Shown here in pieces: positions 1 to 9,425 of a stretch of DNA of 20,968 nt. Every line of letters starts with the position of its first letter. The stretch's first letter is position 1. This DNA comes from Tubiluchus corallicola (taxonomy: Eukaryota; Animalia; Priapulida). Below the pieces are notes generated by a model. That model was given only the letters and a program-made list of their open reading frames with translations, was not told where the DNA came from and did not search any database. The stretch lies in the NCBI GenBank assembly GCA_030141605.1, contig JAQGDQ010001925.1:1-20968 (forward strand), written 5' to 3'. The position numbers were made by a program, and so were the translations under genes.

Positions 1-272
<272 letters not shown>

Positions 273-326
273 TTAAAGTCAAGATCAAAATCATTTGGCA
301 CCCAAACAGACCCACTCTAAAACTGC

Positions 327-425
327 GGATTGCACAGCTCAATGGTAGCATGTTTGTTTTTCACACGAGGATATATGGGTTTTATTCTCTATGGGGTCAT
401 ACCAAAGACTTCAAAACAGTAACGC
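327..425 (+). mobile_element. Degenerate tRNA-derived SINE head (copy 1)
   Basis: A-box-like CAGCTCAATGG, decayed B box GGTTTTATTCTC, then GGGTCATACCAAAGACTTCAAAA, which resembles the Meta-SINE core as I recall it. Second copy at about 5266. Confidence 0.45.
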
Positions 426-499
426 TGGATTTATTAAATCAAAGCATCATGATCTACTGAAGTACATAATCAGATAATCATTGGACGTATCAATTAAAC

Positions 500-1522
500 C
501 AGGGGTGTGCAAATTATCTGACTAGCTGGGCCACATTAAACTTTCCCGCAATTCCTGTCGGCCACACGCAGTTTGGTCAAGGAGCCAAGTACAGTAGGAC
601 CTAATAACGATTTTTTGCGTCCGATTTGCGCACATCATTACTACTGCTCTACTACACTCAAGAAACTATTTTAGAAGTTATTAAAATTTATATTAAAACC
701 ATATATTTCTACTTTCATTTCAGATAGTGGTAATTTCATTACAATGCATATTAGTAATGTGTATCACACAGTCTGTGTAGTACAGTGCATATTAATCTGT
801 TTTGACTCGCTGTTCTTCTTCAATCTTCCTCTTTTTTCTTATCCATGATTCTGATCTATAAGAACACTACACCTGATGAAACTATGAAATAGCCACTGAT
901 TGAGGCGTGTACTACTGAGCCTAAGCTGAAACTAAAATCTGGGAATCCAGCTATATCCCACTTTTCAGCTTGCTGGCTACTTACAAATTGGTCTGCCCAA
1001 TCGTCTTCTTGGTCATAGTAGGTAGATCATTTTGACTTGCTTATTTTATAATTTTATTTATAATTTATTTATTTATAATTTATTTTGTAAAATACCCAAG
1101 TCAAAATGTTCTACCTGCTATGACCAAGAAGACGGCTGGACAGATCAACAGGCCCGATAATAGAAGCCTAGAGATTGGCTAATTGGTCTTCCTACCAGTC
1201 AATCAGATTGCTTCTCGCATTTCTTGCACATTTCGGTGTTTTAAGCCAAGTACAAAAAGGCCTAATAACGATTTTTTGCATCTGACCTGCGTACATCGTT
1301 ACTACTACACTCAAGAAACTATTTTAGAAGTTATTAAAATTTATATTACAAACCATATATTTCTACTTTCAGGACAGATAGTGGTAATTTCATTACAATG
1401 CATATTAGTAATGTGAATCACACAGTCTGTGTAGTACAGTGACATTAAGCTACAACTGTCTTGTAAGGGTTAATGGCATCCGATCTAGTAGAAAAAACTA
1501 CCCGCACTATCTTTGGGATCGT
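500..1522. mobile_element. hAT MITE, rearranged copy (left TIR only, internal duplication and insertions)
   Basis: Left TIR CAGGGGTGTGCAAATT at 500, homologous to 5440-5876. Right TIR deleted near 1522. Internal segment about 583-790 is repeated at about 1243-1445. Confidence 0.7.
988..1148. repeat. Fold-back inverted repeat (MITE-like hairpin)
   Basis: Arms of about 70 bp: GTCTTCTTGGTCATAGTAGGTAGATCATTTTGACTTG versus CAAGTCAAAATGTTCTACCTGCTATGACCAAGAAGAC, around an AT-only centre. Confidence 0.85.
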
Positions 1523-1653
1523 TACGTCATTAAGGTCATTTCAGGCCCACCACAGGGCTCACTTTTTGTCCCGCTTCTGTTTGTGCTGTAAATTAATGGC
1601 ATCGACAGTGAAATCACAACAAGGGAATCCACAATGTCTAGATGTGCAGACAT

Positions 1654-2024
1654 TAGGGGTGAGCATCGAACGCTTAAATTCGATTCGAACGAGTTTTTTC
1701 AGTTTGAACTCGATTCGAATCCAAAACTATAGATTCGAATAATTCAGCACTTCAATCACATATGTTCTTTATCACTAAAACGATTAAAACATCATGCAAT
1801 TAGCATAATTTAGCTGTGATTTCTGTGCACAATTTTAAAGAAATTACTAATCGTTTTATTGCAGCACAATCTAGTGATATGCATGATCTTTGTAAGACTA
1901 ATTTTTACTGGTGGTTCGAAAACTTTTTCGAAAATCTTTCAATGTCAATTCGAATTCGGTTTGAATTCGAAAGTCATTTCGGTTCAATTCGAATTCGATT
2001 TCTGGTAGAGAATGCTCACCCCTA
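1654..2024. mobile_element. hAT (Ac-like TAGGG ends) MITE with TTCGAA-rich subterminal repeats, copy 1
   Basis: 13-bp TIR TAGGGGTGAGCAT / ATGCTCACCCCTA; 8-bp TSD GCAGACAT / GTAGACAT. Confidence 0.85.
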
Positions 2025-2115
2025 GTAGACATGTACTAACTAATTAACAAAGTTGGAAGTGAAGACGACATCAAGCTCGATTTTACTGACCTTGCTGGCC
2101 AATATCTAGGAGATA

Positions 2116-2975
2116 CAGTCTAACCTCGTTATCTCGCCACTGTCCGTCTAGGGCAAATTTTTGGCGAGAGGCGATAATGGCGAGATAACGGGAATATAAC
2201 GAAGTTAGTCTATATGTATATACATAATAGTTGATTAACATAGTGTTCCTCTATGTACATATAAAATATATTTCGCATTATGATACCAATCAACATTAAA
2301 TCAGAAATGAAAAATGTCATAAAAATAATCTTAGAATGTTACTTTTTTATTTAAAAATTTTTTTTCGAGTATACACTTAAATGCAATAAACTTAGCAAAA
2401 GATTTAGAAATGTTCACAAATTTCGACTAAATACAGTAGTAATTCCTGCTGTTTCTTTGAGATTATTCGTATGATAAATACAAATTTCCTTTTTTTGTTC
2501 AGGATTAAGACAAAACAGTTTTCGCTTCAGAGACATCATGTAAAGTTGCTCACACTTTGTGGAAACTCAAACTTAAACGCAGCTTTGGAGTTATAGAGTA
2601 AGGATATCGGTGACGCTTTAGTTTCTCTGCGCATTAACCAACCACAGCACTCCTAATCTAATCCTGGTGAGACACACACTAGATTAATTATGTCTGTCTA
2701 TCGAGTACAGCAGCATTGTCTACATACCGCGGTTATATTGATCGACACGCGGTATATGTACAGTATTGATCGATTGACCTCTGAGTTTGTCTGTTTGGCG
2801 ACATAACGAATATAGTTTACATAAGCACTCATCCTAGCATGACGTGGCGAAGGCGAGAAGCGAGCGTGGCGACTTAACGAGGTAAATATCAAAGCAGGAA
2901 ATCCGTCCTGGTACTTTCTATGGCGAGAGACGAGTTTGGCGGCATAACGAGGGGCGAGATAATGAGGTTAGACTG
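2116..2975. mobile_element. Tc1/mariner (pogo/Tigger-like) non-autonomous element
   Basis: 23-bp TIR CAGTCTAACCTCGTTATCTCGCC with 1 mismatch, TA on both sides, subterminal GGCGAGA repeats. Confidence 0.88.
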
Positions 2976-3029
2976 TATATTGTAAAATGCTCACATGGAT
3001 TCACTAACCTAACTTAAGATGCTATTGTA

Positions 3030-3308
3030 TAGTAAACTCCGCATGACATCGGAATTTTCACGGAAGACGATACGTTGAGAGGTACGTTATTATTTTTTTT
3101 AGAGTATAAATTGCATTTTTGAGTTAGGAGAAGTAAATGACATGAATTTTGATTAAATGAACCATAATTTTTTATTTGAGATAAGCAAAATTTTGAGTCA
3201 CAGACAATGAGTTATGCGACTTTTTTTTGTGGGAAAAACGAGGGATTCCATCCGTTCCGCTTAAATTCTTTGCGTTAGGCGAAAATATGAGTTACGCGGA
3301 GCTGACTG
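3030..3308. mobile_element. Old Tc1/pogo-like MITE
   Basis: TA-flanked degenerate TIRs: TAGTAAACTCCGCATGAC versus reverse complement CAGTCAGCTCCGCGTAAC. Confidence 0.4.
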
Positions 3309-3370
3309 TACCGATCTTCCGCGTTAAGGTGAATGTAGGCTGCAATGACCTCATCCTTAATTGTGAAAAC

Positions 3371-4332
3371 TTTGAATAGTCTGGTTTCATGTGGCTTGAT
3401 AATTACAATGTAAGGTGTTTACGCAGACGTATAGAAGGAGATATATAGGTTATTTGTACATATTTGAATAATTTAGCTTCATGTGACTTGGTAATTACAA
3501 TGTAAGGTGTTTATGCAGACGTATAGAAGAAGATATATAAGTTATTTGTACATATTTGAATAATCTAGCGTCATGTGACTTGGTAATTACAATGTAAGGT
3601 GTTTACACAGACGTATAGAAGGAGATATATAGGTTATTTGTACATATTTGAATAATTTAGCTTCATGTGACTTGGTAATTACAATGTAAGGTGTTTACAC
3701 AGACGTATAGAAGAAGATATATAAGTTATTTGTACATATTTGAATAATCTAGCTTCATGTGACTTGGTAATTACAATGTAAGGTGTTTACACAGTCGTAT
3801 AGAAGAAGATATATAAGTTATTTGTACATATTTGAATAATTTAGCTTTATGTGACTTGGTGATTACAATGTAAGGTGTTTACGCAGACGTATAGAAGAAG
3901 ATCTATAAGTTATTTGTACATATTTGAATAATTTAGCTTTATGTGACTTGGTGATTACAATGTAAGGTGTTTACGCAGTCGTATAGAAGAAGATCTATAA
4001 GTTATTTGTACATATTTGAATAATCTAGCTTCATGTGACTTGGTGATTACAATGTAAGGTGTTTACGCAGTCGTATAGAAGAAGATCTATAAGTTATTTG
4101 TACATATTTGAATAATCTAGCTTCATGTGACTTGGTAATTACAATGTAAGGTGTTTACACAGACGTATAGAAGAAGATCTATAAGTTATTTGTACATATT
4201 TGAATAATCTAGCTTCATGTGACTTGGTGATTACAATGTAAGGTGTTTACGCAGTCGTATAGAAGAAGATCTACAAGTTGATTACAATGTAAGGTGTTTA
4301 CGCAGACGTATAGAAGAAGATATATAAGTTAT
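3371..4332. repeat. 92-bp minisatellite, about 10.5 copies
   Basis: Unit CTTCATGTGACTTGGTAATTACAATGTAAGGTGTTTAC...TTTGAATAATCTAG starts at 3385, 3477, 3569, 3661 ... 4213; the last unit is internally rearranged. Confidence 0.97.
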
Positions 4333-4674
4333 ATCCTATTTCACACGTCACTTAAAATAAAAAATATCCTGGGACATTTCTAAATGCAGAACTGCTATTC
4401 ACAAATCTGTTTTTCCTTCGACTTGTTAGCAGTTGAATTCTTTAACAAAAATTTCTTTCTTGTTAACCAAAACTTCAAGAAGAAGATTGACAGGTATGAA
4501 CTGCAAATTACCTACAAGTATTGTATATTTCGGGTTACCTGTATTCACATTTCCAGTCGTGCTGTAGTTACGAATAGCAAAAGACCTTTGGTACCTTTGG
4601 GAAAATTGGAAGTTACCTTTGGCTACATACTAGAGACAAACATGCAGTAATCGAGTTCATTAGGATCAACTCAC

Positions 4675-4725
4675 CTGTGAATACATCATCAGCAAATCTC
4701 AACAACAAGCTGCTCTTTCCAACAC
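4675..4725 (-). CDS. RAB35: Rab35 coding exon 2 (51 nt)
   Basis: Pyrimidine tract plus tAG acceptor; GVGKSSLLLRFADDVFT(G) with P-loop GKS; donor G/GTGAGT. Phases 1-1 fit the neighbouring exons. Confidence 0.95.
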
Positions 4726-4844
4726 CTAGGAAAGGATAAGAAAAGAAAAATCAATAATTTCATTTTATATTTTCTTCTCAAATTACTCACAATGGCAGTA
4801 AAACAAATAACACAAACCTATTATATTTTACATTACTAAAGTCC

Positions 4845-5218
4845 TGTTGTGTTTTGTTTCTTTCGGAAGGCTCGTAGAGAAAACCAGAAAACACTTCGTC
4901 AAATTAAACTAGTTTATTAAGCGAGAATTCTACAACACAAAAGTATGAAGGAACGCGAAATGATTGCACTAAACGTGAAAATCTGGAAAACGTTTAAGTG
5001 TATCTGAGAATACAAGTATACAAGAGAATGTGTAAGTGTGCGTCCGTCTAAATCTGCGTGTGTGTGTGTCTCAGCGGCCTACTTCGTCTTATATAGGGTG
5101 CCAGGGAACATTCTAGACGAGTCTTTCTAGAACATTCTACAAGGTAAGACGATTATTCTAACAGAACATTCTACAATGTTCTATTTAATTCTAATAGATG
5201 CCAGCGATCTCCACAACA
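4845..5218 (-). mobile_element. Solo LTR of an LTR retrotransposon (374 bp)
   Basis: TGTTGTG...CACAACA termini; 5-bp flanks AGTCC / AGTCT; on the minus strand TATATAA (5095-5089) followed by AATAAA (4918-4913). Confidence 0.8.
5106..5181. promoter_or_regulatory. Clustered heat-shock elements (nGAAn arrays) in the LTR U3 region
   Basis: GAAcaTTCtaGAc 5106-5118; perfect TTCtaGAAcaTTC 5125-5137; GAAcaTTCtaCAAtgTTC 5164-5181. Confidence 0.7.
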
Positions 5219-5265
5219 AGTCTCCAAAAATAAGCCCTATAAAATACGTGATGCACGTTGATGGC

Positions 5266-5365
5266 TGGATGGCACAGCTCAATGGTAGCATGTTTTTTTC
5301 ACCCATGAGGATATATGGGTTCTATTCTCTATGGGGTCATATCAAAGACTTAAAAACAGTAACAC
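5266..5365 (+). mobile_element. Degenerate tRNA-derived SINE head (copy 2)
   Basis: CAGCTCAATGG A-box-like, GGTTCTATTCTC B-box-like, GGGTCATATCAAAGACTTAAAAA core. Confidence 0.45.
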
Positions 5366-5439
5366 TGGATTTATTAAATCAAAGCATCATGATCTACTGA
5401 AGTATATAATCAGATAATCATTGGAAGTATCAATTAAGG

Positions 5440-5876
5440 CAGGGGTGTGCAAATTATCTGACTAGCCGGGCCACATTAAACTTTCCCGCAATTCCTGCGG
5501 TCCACATGCAGTTGCATCCGACCTGTGTACATCATTACTACTACACTCAAGAAACTATTTTAGAAGTTATTAAAATGTATATTACGAACCATATATTTGT
5601 AGTTTCAAGACAGATAGTGGTAATTTCATTACAATGCATATTAGTAATGTGTATCACACAGTCTGCGTAGTACAGGGATATTAAGCTACAACAGTCTTGT
5701 AAGGATTAATGGCATCCCATCTAGTAGAAAAACTACCCGCGCTACTTTGGGATCGTGGCACGGACAATTAATCGCCCGGGCCGCACTTTCATTAGGTTGA
5801 CAAATCTCTTCGCGGGCTGCACAAATTCTCTCGGTGGGCCAGAAGTGGCACGCGGGCTGCAATTTGCACACCCCTG
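5440..5876. mobile_element. hAT (Charlie-like) MITE
   Basis: Perfect 16-bp TIR CAGGGGTGTGCAAATT; perfect 8-bp TSD AATTAAGG (5432-5439 and 5877-5884). Confidence 0.92.
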
Positions 5877-5884
5877 AATTAAGG

Positions 5885-6850
5885 TCATTTCAGACACACC
5901 ACAGGGCTCACTTTTTGTCCCGCTTCTGTTTGTGCTGTACATTAATGAAATCACAGTCAGGGAATCTACAATGTCTAGATGTGTAGACATTAGGGGTGAG
6001 CATCGAACGCTCGAATTCGATTCGAACGAGTTTTTTCAGTTCGAACTCGATTCGAATCCAAAACTATAGATTTGAGTAATTCAGCACTTCAATCACATAT
6101 GTTCTTTATCACTAAAACGATTGAAAGATCATGCAATTAGCATAATTTAGCTGTGATTTATTGCAGAACAAAATCTAGTGATTCGCATGATCTTTGTAAG
6201 ACTAATCTTTACTGGTGGTTCGAAAACTTGTTTGAAAATCTTTCAGTTTCAATTCGAAGTAGGACACTCGGTAAAACGCATGTGCAAAATTTGAGGAAAA
6301 GCGGTGTCGTACATGGGCAGCTCAAGTAAGGCACTAGCGATTTTTATCAAAAATCGAGATCTATGACATAATAAAACATAGAACTAAATTTGTCTTAAAA
6401 AAAGTAACTTTATAATAATGATGAATTCGGTTCGATTCGAATTCGAAAGTCACGAATTCGTTTCGATTCGAATTCGCTTTCTGGTAGAGAATGATCACCC
6501 CTAGTAAACATGTACTAACTAATTAATAAAGTTGGAAGTGAAGACGACATCAAGAACTAACGATGCTCGCTTCATGCACTTTATACTTACTCTGAAAATG
6601 GAAAATAGGAAATACAAAATTCTAGCAAACAAGGATCTGCATAATGTAACACTCATTAAAACATCCGACAAAAATGCAAGTATAATCCGCATTATTTAAG
6701 AGATGCAGAAATTAGCAGTTCAGCTGACTGTCACAAACATAATAGAAGATTTGAAAAGCTCTGGCGTACTGACACACGACAGCTTACATTGGCAAATATA
6801 AACTATAAATAGTATAATGCAAACCAAGACATGATTTAATCGAAACATAA
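5885..6850 (+). pseudogene. Ancient LINE reverse-transcriptase relic, interrupted by a hAT MITE
   Basis: SDTPQGSLFVPLLFVLYINEI (cf. GVPQGSxLGPLLFxxYIND) at about 5890-5952, and later KSSGVLTHDSLHW (cf. KYLGVxxDxxLxW) at about 6754-6792. A partial copy lies at about 1535-2075. Confidence 0.6.
5991..6503. mobile_element. hAT TAGGG-end MITE, copy 2 (carries a ~165-bp foreign insert)
   Basis: TAGGGGTGAGCA / TGATCACCCCTA; TSD GTAGACAT / GTAAACAT; homologous to 1654-2024. Confidence 0.85.
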
Positions 6851-7182
6851 AATTCAGACATTGGCAAAGCTGACTATCAACAATTCTTTGCTTCAAAAGC
6901 TGGTTCAACAGGCGGTTGATTGGTGGCATTTATCAAATTAATATAATTATTAATTGTGTGCTACAAGGGACATCAATCACACATTTAATTTATTGTGCAG
7001 ATGATCTACAGCCGTGTGTGTAATATTCACATTTCAGATGTATTCATGTGTTTTTCTGGGATCTTAAGATAAAATACGCTGTTCCTGTAATGGATCAACC
7101 AAATTATTGATGGGTGTATCCTGAAATACTCGCTAACACGTACACTAATCGAAATGCATGATTGCACGTATGATCGTCTTAC

Positions 7183-7234
7183 CACTATCTCCAATTATGA
7201 GCAGTTTAAATAAATAGTCGTATTCACGAGCCAT
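7183..7234 (-). CDS. RAB35: Rab35 coding exon 1 (52 nt)
   Basis: gccATGG context; MAREYDYLFKLLIIGDS(G) versus human Rab35 MARDYDHLFKLLIIGDSG; donor G/GTAAGA. Confidence 0.95.
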
Positions 7235-7339
7235 GGCAACATTTGTACAAGAATCACTTTTTCAGTCGCTGTTCACATCTTTACAAAACGTTGATCAAGA
7301 AATTCCGAAAAATGTGTTTTGGTTGCTGACAACTAAAAT

Positions 7340-7410
7340 CCTACTACGAAACGGAAGCACTCTTGACTGTAACATGTTCACACATGCGCAAAGTACCGGA
7401 TGTAACTATT
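7340..7410. promoter_or_regulatory. Candidate Rab35 (possibly bidirectional) core promoter
   Basis: ETS-type motifs ACGGAAGC (7351-7358) and ACCGGATGT (7395-7403) and a partial NRF1-like CATGCGCA (7383-7390), 120-170 bp upstream of the Rab35 ATG. Confidence 0.4.
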
Positions 7411-7486
7411 CAATGTACCGTTTTAGTTTATTGGTCAATTGTGAAGATTACTTTATTAGCTGTTCCCTTAGTGGTAAGAATCGGTA

Positions 7487-8961
7487 CAGTAGATATTAAT
7501 ACCGAAAGAGTGGCGTATGTAGGGCGCCGAGTATCCCATTAGCCGAAGTAAGACATTTTCGGTAAAACGCATGTGCAAAAGTTGAGGAAAAGCAGTGTCG
7601 TACATGGGCAGCCCAAGTAAGGCACTAGCGATTTTTATCAAGAATCGAGATCTATGACATAATAAAACATAAAAGAAAAAAGTAACTTTATAATAATGAT
7701 GGATAGTCCTTGACAATTTACTTAATACAACAATATCATCATTATTATTAGCTCCATTAACAATTAACATTAAACTAAGTATCTAATGCTTTAAAGAGAG
7801 AAACTACGTAGGGCACATAACTCGCTAACCTTTTTACTTAGTAGAAAACAATTATTCGTCCAAGAAGGAGTGAAAAGGATCACCTGTCTGTGAAGCAAGA
7901 CAAAATAAAAAAATGATATACCTTAAGCAAATGTTTGAATGTTGGAAAGTGGGCTTATTTCAATATTAATCAAAGAGGATTAATATAGGAAAAATCATAC
8001 CTTACCTTAGACCTTAGTCCTTCCTGCGCATTGATGCACATTGGGCAGACAGCATTTTCCACTGAGTTCTATCGGCGGCTTCGTTCTCTACGTTTTCCCA
8101 ACGTCTGTTGACAGCTCGAAGGTCTTCTTTGAAGGATCTGCGCCACGTTGTTTTTGGCCGACCTCTTTTTCGTTTCCCACCAGGTGGTTCCCAGTGTACT
8201 GCTGTTTTGGCGTAGCGACTTTCTGATAGACGGAGAATATGTCCAGCCAGTTTCATTCTTCTCTCTGTAACTATATCTTGTAACCGCAATGACTGCGCTC
8301 GTTGAAGAACTTCTACATTGGTGACATGGTCGCGGTAGGAGATTTTTAGTATCTTTCGAAGGCATTTTTGGTGGAAGACGTTCAGTTTCTTTGATAACTC
8401 CGCTGTGACTTTCCAGGTTTCGCTGGCATAGAGAGCCGTTGGCAGCACAATGGCGTTGTACAGACGAAGTTTGATTTTCATGTCAATTTTCTTGCTTGTC
8501 CAGATTTTTCCCATCTTCCTAAATACTGCTGTTGCTTTGCCGATTCTCCCCCTGATGTCATTTTCTGTACCTCCATTACAAGTCATCACACTGCCCAGAT
8601 ATGAAAAACTGGTAACGTTCTTAACCATTTGGCCTCCCACTGTTATATGTACATCGTTCTGTTGGTTTGTCCACACTTTCAAAACTTTGGTCTTTTCTTG
8701 ACAAATTCTCAAGAAAAATCATACTAACTCAGAAAAAAATTCTTTTGTTTTATCAGATGTATAATAAATTATTCAACGTGTATTGACGTGTTTAATTATT
8801 ATTATTACATAAACAAGGACAACGGACGGTGTCAGTATGCTTAATGACCAATTCGCGACCTGTTTCTAGTGTCCTACTTGGGCAGCCCATGTACGTCAAT
8901 TGTCCTACATTGGCTAGTGGATTACTCGGCGCCCAACAGCGTACATTTTATGACTCTACAG
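7487..8961. mobile_element. Old TIR DNA element, host of the RTE insertion
   Basis: GGGCGCCGAGTATCCCATTAGCC and GTACATGGGCAGCCCAAGTAAGGCACTAG (7521-7628) recur inverted at about 8865-8934. Possible ends TA/CAGTAGA ... TCTACAG/TA; exact ends uncertain. Confidence 0.55.
8001..8712 (-). mobile_element. 5'-truncated RTE-clade LINE (C-terminal RT region, uninterrupted frame 8014-8712)
   Basis: FSYLGS, LYASETW and RKRGRPKTTW motifs typical of RTE ORFs; TAAGG-type short repeat tail overlapping the stop; perfect 12-bp TSD GAAAAATCATAC (7989-8000 and 8713-8724). Confidence 0.93.
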
Positions 8962-9000
8962 TAAATTTGAGGACTCACAACTACTCATATTTATTTGCTA

Positions 9001-9128
9001 ATGTTTTGTTTGAGGCGTTTGCGCTTAATTAGTGTTAATCACAGGAAAACCAGAAACTTATGGAGTGGTCACTGGCGCCCAGCTAGCAGACTGTACTGCA
9101 CAGCAGAAGCTACAGAAGAGCTAGAATC
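9001..9128 (+). CDS. ABHD11: ABHD11-like hydrolase coding exon 1, putative mitochondrial targeting peptide
   Basis: MFCLRRLRLISVNHRKTRNLWSGHWRPASRLYCTAEATEELE(S): Arg-rich and acid-free for 35 residues, with an RLY/C cleavage-like motif. Phase-2 donor TC/GTGCGT matches the phase-2 acceptor at 14043. Too short for the ORF track. Confidence 0.75.
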
Positions 9129-9425
9129 GTGCGTATGAAATTAAAAACATAAAAGTATAAGCCGCATTTTTCAACGTGTGCTATTTGTTGTTGCACAAAC
9201 AACAGTTGATAAATACAGCAGTAGTAAACGGTAACTCTGTAAACAGTAAACTTGGCAAGAGTAAAGAATTCACGTAAATTTGATTTATTCTGTATTAATT
9301 ATATTATAAGTATTTTATTTTTGTACATGAGTTGTTAATGCATAACGCAATTATACCCAATTACGTCTTGTCACGAAGGTAAATACAGCAGTGTGAAAAA
9401 AATCATATGCAGTTATTGATGTTAA

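Noticed and set aside
870-920. Box C/D snoRNA (TGATGA ... CTGA)
   Set aside because: Antisense to the host gene, too short, and no terminal stem.
1665-2000. TTCGAA/GAATTC arrays as heat-shock elements
   Set aside because: GAA and TTC abut without the 2-nt spacing of an HSE; better explained as hAT subterminal repeats.
3371-4332. CRISPR-like array
   Set aside because: Units are contiguous and near-identical with no unique spacers or cas genes; the context is a eukaryotic intron.
7233-7499. 88-aa ORF as the ABHD11 N-terminus
   Set aside because: Its donor at 7474 is phase 1, incompatible with the phase-2 acceptor at 14043, and it has no targeting-peptide character.
8041-8701. Extra ORFs overlapping the RTE fragment
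   Set aside because: Antisense or alternate-frame shadows of the RT frame.
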